A stretch of 64,000 bases of DNA from Escherichia phage PSa2. The position numbers and the translations under genes were made by a program. Under the pieces are notes generated by a model. The model saw only the letters and a program-made list of their open reading frames with translations. It was not told where the DNA came from and did not search any database. Below are positions 36,843-45,773 of the stretch, one piece after another. How positions within the stretch are numbered: position 1 is the stretch's first letter; every line of letters starts with the position of its first letter. Location: the sequence record OL770310, one strand, 5' to 3'.

Positions 36843-37118
36843 TTACTCGAAGCTAGGAGTGACACTCAGTTTGAATGGAAGCTCGAACACTTCTTCATAA
36901 TCATCATTGAGCGTAATTACACGACCTTCTAGCTTAGTCATGGTGATTTCGATATCAGCCCTTGCATCAGGAGCCATACCAGCTTCCACACATTTAGCTT
37001 TAACTTCCGGCAGAAGTTCTACATCGTAGAAATAAAGCCATTCAATCTCACCTTCCCAGCCACCCCAGGATTTACAAACAGCACTTTCAACACCAGTTGC
37101 AGTAACACGTTTTGACAT
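36843..37118 (-). CDS. hypothetical acidic protein
   Basis: 91-aa ORF. Confidence 0.5.
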   Translation of the reverse strand: MSKRVTATGVESAVCKSWGGWEGEIEWLYFYDVELLPEVKAKCVEAGMAPDARADIEITMTKLEGRVITLNDDYEEVFELPFKLSVTPSFE

Positions 37119-37148
37119 TCGTTAACTCCTTCATCAATTTATATAACT

Positions 37149-37179
37149 ATTATAACAGAAATCTTAAGTAAAAAGCAAG
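37149..37179 (-). promoter_or_regulatory. sigma70 early promoter
   Basis: promoter family motif. Confidence 0.5.
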
Positions 37180-37208
37180 TACATTTTTAAAATTTCTGCT
37201 TGGAGGAG

Positions 37209-37460
37209 TTAAACTCCTGATTCTTCAGCCAGATCAAGCCCAACCAACGTGATTGCCATAATAGCCGCGCCATGTTCTTTCTCTCCTAGCTCTTTGGCTT
37301 GAGTGAGAATATTAAGGAATTGCTTTTGAAAATCTGCAACTTCTTCTGTCATGCCTGCTTCAGCAATGATTCCTTTCAGCATAAAGCGTTGTGCCGTAAT
37401 TTCAGAATTAGCCATTTGTTTTCTCCAGTTGTTTAGAATGTAAGCCAAACTTAGGATCAT
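37209..37460 (-). CDS. hypothetical protein
   Basis: 83-aa ORF. Confidence 0.45.
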   Translation of the reverse strand: MILSLAYILNNWRKQMANSEITAQRFMLKGIIAEAGMTEEVADFQKQFLNILTQAKELGEKEHGAAIMAITLVGLDLAEESGV

Positions 37461-37566
37461 AGCGATCGTAAGTAGTACCGTTAGTTGAAGCCTTGATGCT
37501 ATGAAAACGACAGTACATAAATTTACGTAGTGCTTTCTTAATAGCTTTCATTTTATTTCCTTAATT

Positions 37567-37643
37567 TGGTAGGGGTGGTGGGATTCGAACCCACAAAACC
37601 TGAATTTTAAGTCCAGTACCTATGCCAATTCGATTACACCCCC
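37567..37643 (-). tRNA. class I tRNA with anticodon UAA by simplest fold (Leu-decoding)
   Basis: hand-folded: T-arm GTGGG-TTCGAAT-CCCAC, anticodon arm CUGGA-CUUAAAA-UUCAG, short variable loop. Confidence 0.4.
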
Positions 37644-37651
37644 ATGTAATC

Positions 37652-38005
37652 TTAGCGAATCTCTAAACCCTGGAAATATCGAGGGAATGGAGAGCCAACT
37701 TCAAAATTGATGCCCCAATTAAGTTCAACGAGTTCAGATTTATTAAGATCTAGGCCATTACCTTCAAAGATATAGCCGTAAACCGCAGGGAACATAGCTG
37801 CTAGATCTTCCATATCGGAATGAGCATTGTGTTCTTCACGGAACTGCTCAAACTCTTCAAAGAACTTTTCTAGGAAGAACTCAGGTACGATGAACGTTAC
37901 CACATCAGTAGAATCATCGGTACGATACACCGTAGCTTGGAACAAGCCAACACCTAAAAGGTTTATTGCCGGAGTAGTAAAAATATCCATCTTAGCCTCG
38001 CTCAA
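37652..38005 (-). CDS. hypothetical protein
   Basis: 117-aa ORF. Confidence 0.5.
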   Translation of the reverse strand: MSEAKMDIFTTPAINLLGVGLFQATVYRTDDSTDVVTFIVPEFFLEKFFEEFEQFREEHNAHSDMEDLAAMFPAVYGYIFEGNGLDLNKSELVELNWGINFEVGSPFPRYFQGLEIR

Positions 38006-38177
38006 TGTCTAGACAAATTGCATATTCAGGGTTGATACCAGTACCTTTACATGTAGGACATTCCCATTCTCTACAGAAAATATCCCCAGGTTCTGCATCA
38101 TCCTGCCTACCACCACCATGACAATCCTTACACCGACATTCTTCTAAGGCTTTCTTCATTTCATAGAATCTAGACAT
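37992..38177 (-). CDS. zinc-finger-like small protein
   Basis: 61-aa ORF; CRCKDCHG ... CPTCKGTG. Confidence 0.4.
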   Translation of the reverse strand: MSRFYEMKKALEECRCKDCHGGGRQDDAEPGDIFCREWECPTCKGTGINPEYAICLDIERG

Positions 38178-38194
38178 ATAGTCTCCTAGTTAAT

Positions 38195-38272
38195 TGGTGG
38201 CTCCCGGAGGATTCGAACCTACCTACCTTTCGCTTATGAGGCGACGGCTCATACCAAATGAGCTTGAGAACC
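38195..38272 (-). tRNA. tRNA, anticodon CAU (Met / fMet / Ile2 type)
   Basis: hand-folded: D-arm GCTC/GAGC, loop CUCAUAA. Confidence 0.5.
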
Positions 38273-38277
38273 AAATT

Positions 38278-38371
38278 TGGAGGAAGATGCCAGATTCGAA
38301 CTGGCACACCGTGTCTCCACAGCTACTGGCTGTTTAGCAAACAGCTCCCTTACCTTTAGGGTTAATCTTCC
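38278..38371 (-). tRNA. tRNA-Ser (GCU), long variable arm
   Basis: hand-folded: acceptor 7/7, anticodon arm GCUGU-UUGCUAA-ACAGC. Confidence 0.5.
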
Positions 38372-38386
38372 GAATTTATGAATATA

Positions 38387-38414
38387 TTATACAGAAAATT
38401 TCGGCATTAAGCAA
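38387..38414 (-). promoter_or_regulatory. sigma70 early promoter
   Basis: promoter family motif. Confidence 0.55.
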
Positions 38415-38422
38415 GTGAAATT

Positions 38423-38719
38423 TTACTGAACACTGCACTGATACACTTGTTTGATACGTGTCACTGACTTCTTAGTTGGATTGATAGAAGAACCTTGCCA
38501 CCAACGTGATTCTGAGCTGAGAACAGCACCAGGAACAGCTTGTTCTTTTGGCAGAACAATATCAAAACATTGCTCACCCATATTATCTTTAATGTGTGAC
38601 CAAATATCCAAAGTAAATCGTTCTAACTTATTACAAACCTGAACTTGACAAAGTTCCTGTTGCGGAGCAGCAAATACAGAAGTAGATACTAGAGTCAATG
38701 CAAGTACAGTGCGTTTCAT
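38423..38719 (-). CDS. secreted small protein (signal peptide)
   Basis: 98-aa ORF. Confidence 0.45.
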   Translation of the reverse strand: MKRTVLALTLVSTSVFAAPQQELCQVQVCNKLERFTLDIWSHIKDNMGEQCFDIVLPKEQAVPGAVLSSESRWWQGSSINPTKKSVTRIKQVYQCSVQ

Positions 38720-38749
38720 GTTTGATTCCTCTCTCGAATTTATAAATAT

Positions 38750-38778
38750 ATTATACAGAAATTTTCTATATTAAGCAA
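38750..38778 (-). promoter_or_regulatory. sigma70 early promoter
   Basis: promoter family motif. Confidence 0.55.
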
Positions 38779-38795
38779 GTGAAAATTTCTGTATA

Positions 38796-38818
38796 ATAGC
38801 CCTCTAAGCGAGGGCTAT
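38796..38818 (-). terminator. hairpin ATAGCCCTC-TAAGC-GAGGGCTAT downstream of pnuC-like gene
   Basis: 9-bp inverted repeat. Confidence 0.45.
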
Positions 38819-38825
38819 AACTACT

Positions 38826-39518
38826 TTATTTGTTAACGCGTACAAAGTATCCTTTATAAGCTCCAAGAATAGAGTTGCCTAAGAATACTAGCCACATTGC
38901 TAGGATTGCGTAAGATGCACCTGTAGATTGAGCAGTTACAAGCCAAATATATACAGTACCAATATTAATAGCAATCCAGATCAGCCACTGCTCGGCGTAC
39001 TGCTTAACCATAAGCCACATAGCGATCACACTACCTACCGCAGTAAATGCATCCAACATTGGGAATGGATCAGCCGTAGTAGCTAAGAAACTACCATACC
39101 CTAACGTGGCTACTGCTAGAATCCCTAGAGTTAGCAAAGCTTGGGCTTTAGTCAGAATCTTAGTTGGAACATCCGGCAGATTACTTGGCTTATTTTTATG
39201 CCATAAGTACATTCCATAAAACTGCATAGGAACGTAGTATAGCAGGTTTAGTGCAGCGTTACCATAAAGATCTGCGTTTAAAGCTGTAATACCATATGTA
39301 AGAACACCCACTAAGCCCCAAATATAGTTGGAAACACGTCCTTTTGCAACCAGAATAACACAAACCACATTGGTTATTGCAGTAGCCCAATCTAGAGCTG
39401 TACCATTATAGTTTGCTAAACTAATAAAGGCGACTGCTATAAACAGCCACAGATATTCCAGAGGTTTCCAGTTTTTAAAGTCATTTACGAGATAGTTAGT
39501 CATATTAAAACTCTCCAA
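38826..39518 (-). CDS. pnuC: nicotinamide riboside transporter PnuC-like
   Basis: 230-aa polytopic membrane ORF with PnuC-like pattern. Confidence 0.65.
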   Translation of the reverse strand: MESFNMTNYLVNDFKNWKPLEYLWLFIAVAFISLANYNGTALDWATAITNVVCVILVAKGRVSNYIWGLVGVLTYGITALNADLYGNAALNLLYYVPMQFYGMYLWHKNKPSNLPDVPTKILTKAQALLTLGILAVATLGYGSFLATTADPFPMLDAFTAVGSVIAMWLMVKQYAEQWLIWIAINIGTVYIWLVTAQSTGASYAILAMWLVFLGNSILGAYKGYFVRVNK

Positions 39519-40578
39519 CGTTAAAGTGATGAATCAGCCAGTCTACTGCGTTTACTGCTTCGTCCATACGAACTTTGTAGTCCGGAGAGTCGATGTAAAC
39601 AGTACGCCCTTCAGGGAACTGATTTGGAAATTCTTTCTTCATCTGCTCGAACAGTTCAGAAGTAATTGAACGATCGGAGTTAATACGTAAACCATCATCT
39701 ACCCACTTGACAGTAGGCGCTAGAACAATTACTAAATCGTAATGTTCTTCTTTTGCAATTGCTGTAACCACAGGGTTCTTACTATGTTCATAAAGTCTGT
39801 GGTAGAACTCAGTAATAAAAGCATTTGTATCCACAAACATGATCTTATTTGCAGTACGTTCTGCTTCAAACTCTAGCTCTTTGTGTCTGAACGCAATTTT
39901 ACTATAGTCTTCGCTGGTAAGCAGATTTTCGTTACCAACTAGATCAACTTCACAATACGTTCGGCCATATTCTTCTACCCACGAAGTGTTGTATAGCTTC
40001 GCAAGGTATTTTGTTAAAGTAGTCTTTCCTGAGCTTTCAGTCCCAATGATTACAACCTTACGCACGTAATCTTTACGAACTACGCTAGGAAGAAACTCCC
40101 AATACTTCATAAGATCATTACGAATCATTGTAGCTGAGACTGGAACACGAGTCCGATCAGAATCTACAATATAATGACCAAACTTCGGCAGATATTTCTT
40201 ATATTCTGCATCATAGTCTAGTTCGCTAGAGAAAATGGTGATCTCAGGCAAATGTCCGTAATTTTCATTAAGGATTCTAGCATATTCCGGCCAACCATTC
40301 GGATATTCAGGAATATCATCTTCAATAATGTACTCTACCGAAATGTGCTCAATATCCGCGTAAGTTTGTTCTAACCAACGAAGTCGATTCTTTAACTGTA
40401 ATACTTCCTGATCACGTGTGTTCTGCTTATCCAGCCAACGATTATCATGACTAACTACAATAATAACTCGTTCACACATAGTTGCTGCTGTGTTTATTAG
40501 GTTAATATGACCACGCGTTAATGGCGCGAACTTACCAATTACTAGACCAGTCTTAATCATATTTGATTCCTCTCTCAA
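39505..40578 (-). CDS. nadR: NadR-like bifunctional NMN adenylyltransferase / ribosylnicotinamide kinase
   Basis: 357-aa ORF; N-terminal GKFAPLTRGH motif, C-terminal Walker A GTESSGKTT. Confidence 0.65.
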   Translation of the reverse strand: MREESNMIKTGLVIGKFAPLTRGHINLINTAATMCERVIIVVSHDNRWLDKQNTRDQEVLQLKNRLRWLEQTYADIEHISVEYIIEDDIPEYPNGWPEYARILNENYGHLPEITIFSSELDYDAEYKKYLPKFGHYIVDSDRTRVPVSATMIRNDLMKYWEFLPSVVRKDYVRKVVIIGTESSGKTTLTKYLAKLYNTSWVEEYGRTYCEVDLVGNENLLTSEDYSKIAFRHKELEFEAERTANKIMFVDTNAFITEFYHRLYEHSKNPVVTAIAKEEHYDLVIVLAPTVKWVDDGLRINSDRSITSELFEQMKKEFPNQFPEGRTVYIDSPDYKVRMDEAVNAVDWLIHHFNVGEF

Positions 40579-40590
40579 ATTTATAAATAT

Positions 40591-40619
40591 ATTATACAGA
40601 TAATTTAGCGTTCAAGCAA
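40591..40619 (-). promoter_or_regulatory. sigma70 early promoter
   Basis: promoter family motif. Confidence 0.55.
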
Positions 40620-40776
40620 TCGAATTTTTAAACTTTTTAGTGGAAAAATCTCAAGGCATTTAGTGGTAGCACGTTGTTGCTACAATAATAGTATATGATT
40701 CTAAAGAATTAAAGAATTAAATACTAAAGACCTTAGTTGAATAACTTATGGGCTTTTCTTTTGCCTTAAATACAGA

Positions 40777-40808
40777 AAAGCCCGCGCTCTCGGAGGAAAC
40801 GCGGGCTT
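40777..40808 (-). terminator. hairpin AAAGCCCGCG-N13-CGCGGGCTT
   Basis: GC-rich inverted repeat downstream of SPFH gene. Confidence 0.5.
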
Positions 40809-40831
40809 GGTTCGAAGATTACGTGTAACTA

Positions 40832-41776
40832 TTACTTGTTACGCATATCCATGATCATTTGACCATCGTAGCCAGTACCAACAACAGTCTGCGGTACACC
40901 ACCTTGGTATTTTTCAGCACGAAGCATTTCAACTTCCAGCTGCTTCCAACGAATCATTTCAGGAGTAATGGTACGTTGCAGAGCGGCGTTAGCTTCAGCC
41001 TCTTTCTTAGCTGCGTACAGTTTAGCATCTGCGTCACGTTCGTTAGCTACTGCCATGTTTTCACGAGCGGAACGATCTGCCTCAGCTTGCTTAACTTTCT
41101 GCTGTGCTTCTTGTTCAACACGAGCCAGTTCAGCTTTTGCAGCGTTAACTTGTTCTTCACGAACTTTGGTGTTCTGTACCTGTTCCATGATTACCGGTGG
41201 CAGAGTAATATCCTGAAGGAATACTTGCTTAACGGTGTAACCATAAGGACGCGCATACTCTTCTACTTCTTGCTGAATAGCGGTTTGCAGTTGAGCCTGA
41301 ATCTTAGCGTCGAACAGATCTTGTGCTTTTGGTACAGACTTACCAAACTCACGAATCGTAGATAGCATCTTCTCTTCAACGTACTTGTTCAGAGCTTGAT
41401 CCTGAGTACCTGCGTTAACACGGTTCATAGGAGCTTTAGCTCCATCAAACTGCAACATAACGGTAATGTCAACAGTAGACTTAAACTTATCCTGGCTAGG
41501 AACCTGAAGTTTATCCAGTTTCATAGAAATATCTTTCGTACTAAAAGTATCAAAAGAAGCAAATGGGTTAACAATATGGAAGCCTGGCAATACAGGATTA
41601 GGGCTAACTTTACCCAGGAAAGTTTGGGTCTTAACAGTACCATCCTGAACAACTGTATAGGAATTGAGAGCCAGAATAAGAGCACCAAGACCAACAGCAG
41701 CACCAACACCCCAACGTTTAATAGTACGAATTACTTTTTGCTCAGAAGTCAGTTCTTTAGTGTTTTTAGTAAACAT
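40832..41776 (-). CDS. SPFH/band-7 (prohibitin/HflC-like) domain membrane protein
   Basis: 314-aa ORF; N-terminal TM, SPFH-like core, Ala/Glu/Gln-rich coiled coil. Confidence 0.55.
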   Translation of the reverse strand: MFTKNTKELTSEQKVIRTIKRWGVGAAVGLGALILALNSYTVVQDGTVKTQTFLGKVSPNPVLPGFHIVNPFASFDTFSTKDISMKLDKLQVPSQDKFKSTVDITVMLQFDGAKAPMNRVNAGTQDQALNKYVEEKMLSTIREFGKSVPKAQDLFDAKIQAQLQTAIQQEVEEYARPYGYTVKQVFLQDITLPPVIMEQVQNTKVREEQVNAAKAELARVEQEAQQKVKQAEADRSARENMAVANERDADAKLYAAKKEAEANAALQRTITPEMIRWKQLEVEMLRAEKYQGGVPQTVVGTGYDGQMIMDMRNK

Positions 41777-41787
41777 ATATTTCCTTA

Positions 41788-41988
41788 TTATTTAGAAGAG
41801 TTAGCTACTACAGTTACTTTAGTTGCAGAAATAAACAGGCTAGCATCCACAGCAAATTCAGGAGCTTTGATATCTCCATTATGAAATATGACTATACCGG
41901 AGACTACTTCAAATGCTAGTGCTGTAACATCGGTGGTATTTACTTGTGAATGTTCACCTACTACTTTTACTATATATCGTGTTTTCAC
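41788..41988 (-). CDS. hypothetical protein
   Basis: 66-aa ORF. Confidence 0.4.
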   Translation of the reverse strand: MKTRYIVKVVGEHSQVNTTDVTALAFEVVSGIVIFHNGDIKAPEFAVDASLFISATKVTVVANSSK

Positions 41989-42014
41989 TTTATTTTCCTA
42001 GCAGTTAATAAAAT

Positions 42015-42089
42015 TGGCCGAGGTGACAGGATTCGAACCTGCATAAAGGAATTTAGAAGACTCCTGCCTATCCCTTAGACTACACCCCG
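42015..42089 (-). tRNA. tRNA-Arg (UCU)
   Basis: hand-folded: D-arm GUCU/AGGC, anticodon arm GGAGU-CUUCUAA-AUUCC. Confidence 0.55.
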
Positions 42090-42099
42090 TTTAGGTATT

Positions 42100-42900
42100 T
42101 TTAAGAACTCTCGTAAAAGTCCTTAAAGATACCCGACGGTAGGTAGGGTCAGCCCCCTCAGATTAAGCTCTGCAGCCCTTCCGTCAGACAATATCTTCCA
42201 GTTTAAGTCAAGGTGACTTTGTGGTTATGTTCTCCGTATGTGAAGAACTCGGTTAGGCTTAGGTCATGACTCCCAGCCTACTGCTGCCGCTCAACAGGAA
42301 TTATCGCGAATTACCTGTACTATTGGGCACCATTAGTGACATCTCTCATGTCAGCGTTTCCCACTCTCATATTCACGCGGTCTGTTAGAATCGCACCTCC
42401 GATTTTCGATGCGAAGCTGGATGCCTAGTCTCAGGTTAAACGGGGTACACACTAGGCAGTGATCCCGAGTTCCGAGTTTGGTTGAGGCCGTCAGGTTTCC
42501 TCGTGGTTTAGCTGTTTCGATTCTAACCTAATACTGATCAGGCGGCGTACCTCCTGAACCGTCATAGTATGTACTCCAGCAGCGAATGCTTATCCGGTAT
42601 AAGCCCGAGTTATCCGATTCTTTCCAGAAGGAGCAGTGAAGCTCAATGTCAGCCTGTGAGCATCTGGCAGTGTTATCACATAAGTCAGTTCGACACCCCA
42701 CTAACATAAACTAGAGAAGAGTTTACGAGATTTCGGGACAGCTCCCGAGTTTTCCACAGATTTTCAGTTCCCTATCAATAGCAATAAGCGTTAGCTCGTA
42801 GCCTCTCTCAGAGTACTTACTAGTCTCCAACTCACCGACTCTATTCAGTGGAATAGCTATCCTACTAGGAATCACTAAACTCACTCAGCGTAATCGGCTC
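42100..42900 (-). other. ORF-free, GC-richer 0.8-kb transcribed leader (candidate structured RNA)
   Basis: no ORF of 60 aa or more on either strand; between promoter at 42914-42942 and tRNA-Arg. Confidence 0.35.
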
Positions 42901-42913
42901 GCTGTTCTCTAAT

Positions 42914-42942
42914 TTATGAATCTATTATACAGAATTTTAAAG
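42914..42942 (-). promoter_or_regulatory. sigma70 early promoter
   Basis: promoter family motif. Confidence 0.55.
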
Positions 42943-42960
42943 CATTTAGCAAATCAATTT

Positions 42961-43404
42961 TTAATTAAATTCGCCAGCAACCTGAGCAGCAATGCCACCG
43001 TCGTAACGACCAGGAAACTCTTCCTTAATCGCTTTCATCAGCATACCCTTTGTAATCCCAGGATTCAGCTTAACTAATTCTGCGAAGTATTTGCGAATCT
43101 CAGAATCAGATAGCTGAGGAGGCAAATACTGCTGTAACCATTTGTTCAGTATATATTCATACTGAGCAGACTGCAAGCTATAATTATCAAGGTCTTGACC
43201 GTGAAGTTTAGCTTTTGTCTGATTAATGCTTTTCAGTTGAGCTTTTAGATAAGATACAAACTGTTCAGAAGTAATGAAGTCTTTATCAACACGCTGAAGA
43301 TCTCCGATTATGGTTTGGTAGCTTTTAGCTACTTCTTTATCAGAACCATCAACCTTAGATTCCTGCAAAGCCCTACGCAAAACATCTAGAATATTCTCTT
43401 CCAT
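42961..43404 (-). CDS. GatB/YqeY-domain-like protein
   Basis: 147-aa ORF; C-terminal pattern resembles YqeY family. Confidence 0.45.
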   Translation of the reverse strand: MEENILDVLRRALQESKVDGSDKEVAKSYQTIIGDLQRVDKDFITSEQFVSYLKAQLKSINQTKAKLHGQDLDNYSLQSAQYEYILNKWLQQYLPPQLSDSEIRKYFAELVKLNPGITKGMLMKAIKEEFPGRYDGGIAAQVAGEFN

Positions 43405-43574
43405 TATTTAATTCCCAGTGCTTGGTTAAAAGATTGTTCTGTCATAACTGCCGAGACTTTAGCGAAATCAAACTTCTTAGGGTTTGTAGTAATTTCAGCA
43501 ACGTTAGTAGTTTTAACTGTTTTCGTAGTACGGATACCACGAGTATTAACACCAATAATTACAACTGATTTCAT
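43405..43574 (-). CDS. small protein (56 aa, below ORF-track cutoff)
   Basis: stop immediately abuts ATG of 42961-43404. Confidence 0.35.
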
Positions 43575-43606
43575 ATTTCGCTTCCTCTCATTAATTTATG
43601 AAAGTA

Positions 43607-43634
43607 TTATACAGAAATTTAAGGCTTTAAGCAA
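43607..43634 (-). promoter_or_regulatory. sigma70 early promoter
   Basis: promoter family motif. Confidence 0.55.
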
Positions 43635-43642
43635 TCGAATTT

Positions 43643-44110
43643 TTAAGTTTTCTTAACCACAGGCTTGTAGAACGTATGGCCTTGAATCTTCGTTGTTTTC
43701 TTAAACTTCTTTGTCCAGTACGGTTTATCTTTACCACTATGGAAGTATAACGCTCCATGTGTTGGATCTTGTGGTAAATCAACGTAGTATATCACTCTAG
43801 CTAAATTCTTAGCAACTTGCCAAGCCTCATCGGTTTTATCAACTTTTGGTCTCTTGGCCACCCAAGAGAACTGGTTAGACTGATATACTACTTTACAGTA
43901 AGAATCAGGAAAAGTACCAGAGTTAACACGGTTTTTAGTAACCTGTGCAACTGCGATCATTCCTTTAGTGCCCTCACCTCGTGCTTCGAAGTAGATATTT
44001 TTTGCAATGCAATCAATCTGCTTTGAGTCGTAGGTCGCATGACTATTGAAGCTATAGGTTAGGGCAGCTATTAAAAGCAAAGCTGCCTTCATTTTATTTA
44101 CTCCGGCCAA
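43643..44110 (-). CDS. secreted cell-wall hydrolase, SleB/Hydrolase_2-like
   Basis: 155-aa ORF; signal peptide; NIYFEARGEG and VAQVTKNR motifs. Confidence 0.5.
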   Translation of the reverse strand: MAGVNKMKAALLLIAALTYSFNSHATYDSKQIDCIAKNIYFEARGEGTKGMIAVAQVTKNRVNSGTFPDSYCKVVYQSNQFSWVAKRPKVDKTDEAWQVAKNLARVIYYVDLPQDPTHGALYFHSGKDKPYWTKKFKKTTKIQGHTFYKPVVKKT

Positions 44111-44415
44111 TCGTACTCAATACGATTAGGGCTTTCTTGATACCCTTCGTCTAAGAGATCATTACGCATGGTCTCTTTAGCTACTGGGTTCGAGGTTACT
44201 AGTACCACTTTCTTGGGTCTCTGACCAAATTCTAGGAGTAAACGAAGAATTTGATAACCTTCCATACCCTCTACAGCCAGATCGTTATCCATATAAACGA
44301 AATGACCTGTGGTATCGGTTTTATTCAGAAACTCAACAGCGGCTTCGGGGGTTCTAATGATAATGTCCATTCCATGAAGGTTACGCACATCATCAATCAG
44401 AATATGAAAAATCAT
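44098..44415 (-). CDS. hypothetical protein
   Basis: 105-aa ORF. Confidence 0.45.
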   Translation of the reverse strand: MIFHILIDDVRNLHGMDIIIRTPEAAVEFLNKTDTTGHFVYMDNDLAVEGMEGYQILRLLLEFGQRPKKVVLVTSNPVAKETMRNDLLDEGYQESPNRIEYDWPE

Positions 44416-44445
44416 AATAGCCTCGTCTCATCAATTTAAAAATAT

Positions 44446-44473
44446 ATTATACAGAAAACTAAACTAATTAGCA
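44446..44473 (-). promoter_or_regulatory. sigma70 early promoter
   Basis: promoter family motif. Confidence 0.55.
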
Positions 44474-44858
44474 AATACATTTTTAAATTGAGAGACTAGT
44501 AAACCGATAAACAGCCTAGAGGCGCCACAGGCCATATCTTATGAGCCATGTACCTTTGATCTAGGGTTTGAATCATCAACGAATACTTTGCATCTTTTAG
44601 CTTTAGAAGGTTAGAAGTTTGAGTGCTTTTAACTTTTCAGCTTTCATACTTGAGCGTTGATCTTTGAAGTTGTGTTGGTACTACCAACGACCTTTTGTTT
44701 TTACGTGTCAGATTAAATGTCTGATGTAATAAACATAATCTCCAATAGATTATACTTTATAGTATGGTCAGCGGTCTTATTTAACCTCGTATTTCAACCG
44801 CTGCTGCGAGGTAAGATGCTTGGGCTTTCGTCTACCGATTTACTAGTCTTTTAAATTA

Positions 44859-45497
44859 TTACTCTACTTCGATAAAAGTAGAGGCGTTGGACTCAGACAG
44901 AACAAAGTCAACGTTAGTTGCAAAGTCCTGGTATTCTTCGTCGTGTTGCTTGATCAGCTTTTCCAGCTCCAGCGGATCGATCAGGAACGGAGTGTTCTTG
45001 AGTTCCAGCAGGTTAAGCTGCATCTTAACTTCATCCTCGGAAGTCTTCTTGTCGCGGGTAGCCATGGTATCCTGCAAACGCTCATACTTGGCATCAAACT
45101 GAGCCTTCTGAGTGTTAAACTTAACAGTAGCAGCATGGAACTGCTTACGCATGTTAGCCAGCAACTGAGCCTTGAGTTCCATAGAACGCTTAGCTTCGAT
45201 TGCTTCCGCAACAGTCATAGAGCGAGAGCCGATCTCTACAACAGTTTCAGCATTGCTCTTGATCAGCGCAGCTTTCAGACGATCACGCTGGGACATCATA
45301 TCCAGCAGAGACTGGAAATCAGTCTTAATACGAGTAGACAGAGCATCTACTTCGATTGCAGCGCCAACTACAACTTGGTTCTTGTCCTTACCTTCACCAA
45401 CAGCAATCAAAAGCTGTTGTTCAGTAGCTTTACGGATTTTAGCTTCCAGAGACTTGATAGTTGCCAGAGCACGAGTTTTAGAGATACGAGTAGTCAT
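44859..45497 (-). CDS. coiled-coil protein
   Basis: 212-aa ORF, helical, Ala/Lys/Glu-rich. Confidence 0.5.
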   Translation of the reverse strand: MTTRISKTRALATIKSLEAKIRKATEQQLLIAVGEGKDKNQVVVGAAIEVDALSTRIKTDFQSLLDMMSQRDRLKAALIKSNAETVVEIGSRSMTVAEAIEAKRSMELKAQLLANMRKQFHAATVKFNTQKAQFDAKYERLQDTMATRDKKTSEDEVKMQLNLLELKNTPFLIDPLELEKLIKQHDEEYQDFATNVDFVLSESNASTFIEVE

Positions 45498-45550
45498 TAT
45501 TTGCTTCCTTATACGAAGTTTGAGATTTGAATTTGTTTTAAAATGGTCTA

Positions 45551-45733
45551 TTACAGACCGATTGCCAGCAGAGTGCGCAGAACAGTATCAGAACTGTTAT
45601 CAATATTCGTATTAGCGCGATTCAGCACGTTAAAGATTTTCTGGATGCCGGACTGACGCTCAGCCATACGACGCAGACCCAGGTTACGTTTTGCTACTTT
45701 ACCATTTTTACGGACGTTTTTAGATACTGGCAT
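45551..45733 (-). CDS. small basic protein
   Basis: 60-aa ORF. Confidence 0.35.
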   Translation of the reverse strand: MPVSKNVRKNGKVAKRNLGLRRMAERQSGIQKIFNVLNRANTNIDNSSDTVLRTLLAIGL

Positions 45734-45773
45734 AATTATTTTCCTTTTGTTGTTCTCTCAAATTTATGAATAT

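Noticed and set aside
40859-41884. ORFs 40859-41365, 40968-41216, 41396-41884 (plus) and 41521-41709 (minus) within or opposite the SPFH gene
   Set aside because: Antisense or out-of-frame to a gene with a recognisable domain; low-complexity translations.
44887-45615. ORFs 44887-45102, 44943-45530, 45172-45615 (plus) and 44981-45211 (minus) overlapping gene 44859-45497
   Set aside because: Overlap a coiled-coil gene whose Ala/Lys/Glu codon bias keeps other frames open; the minus-strand ORF with promoter context was preferred.
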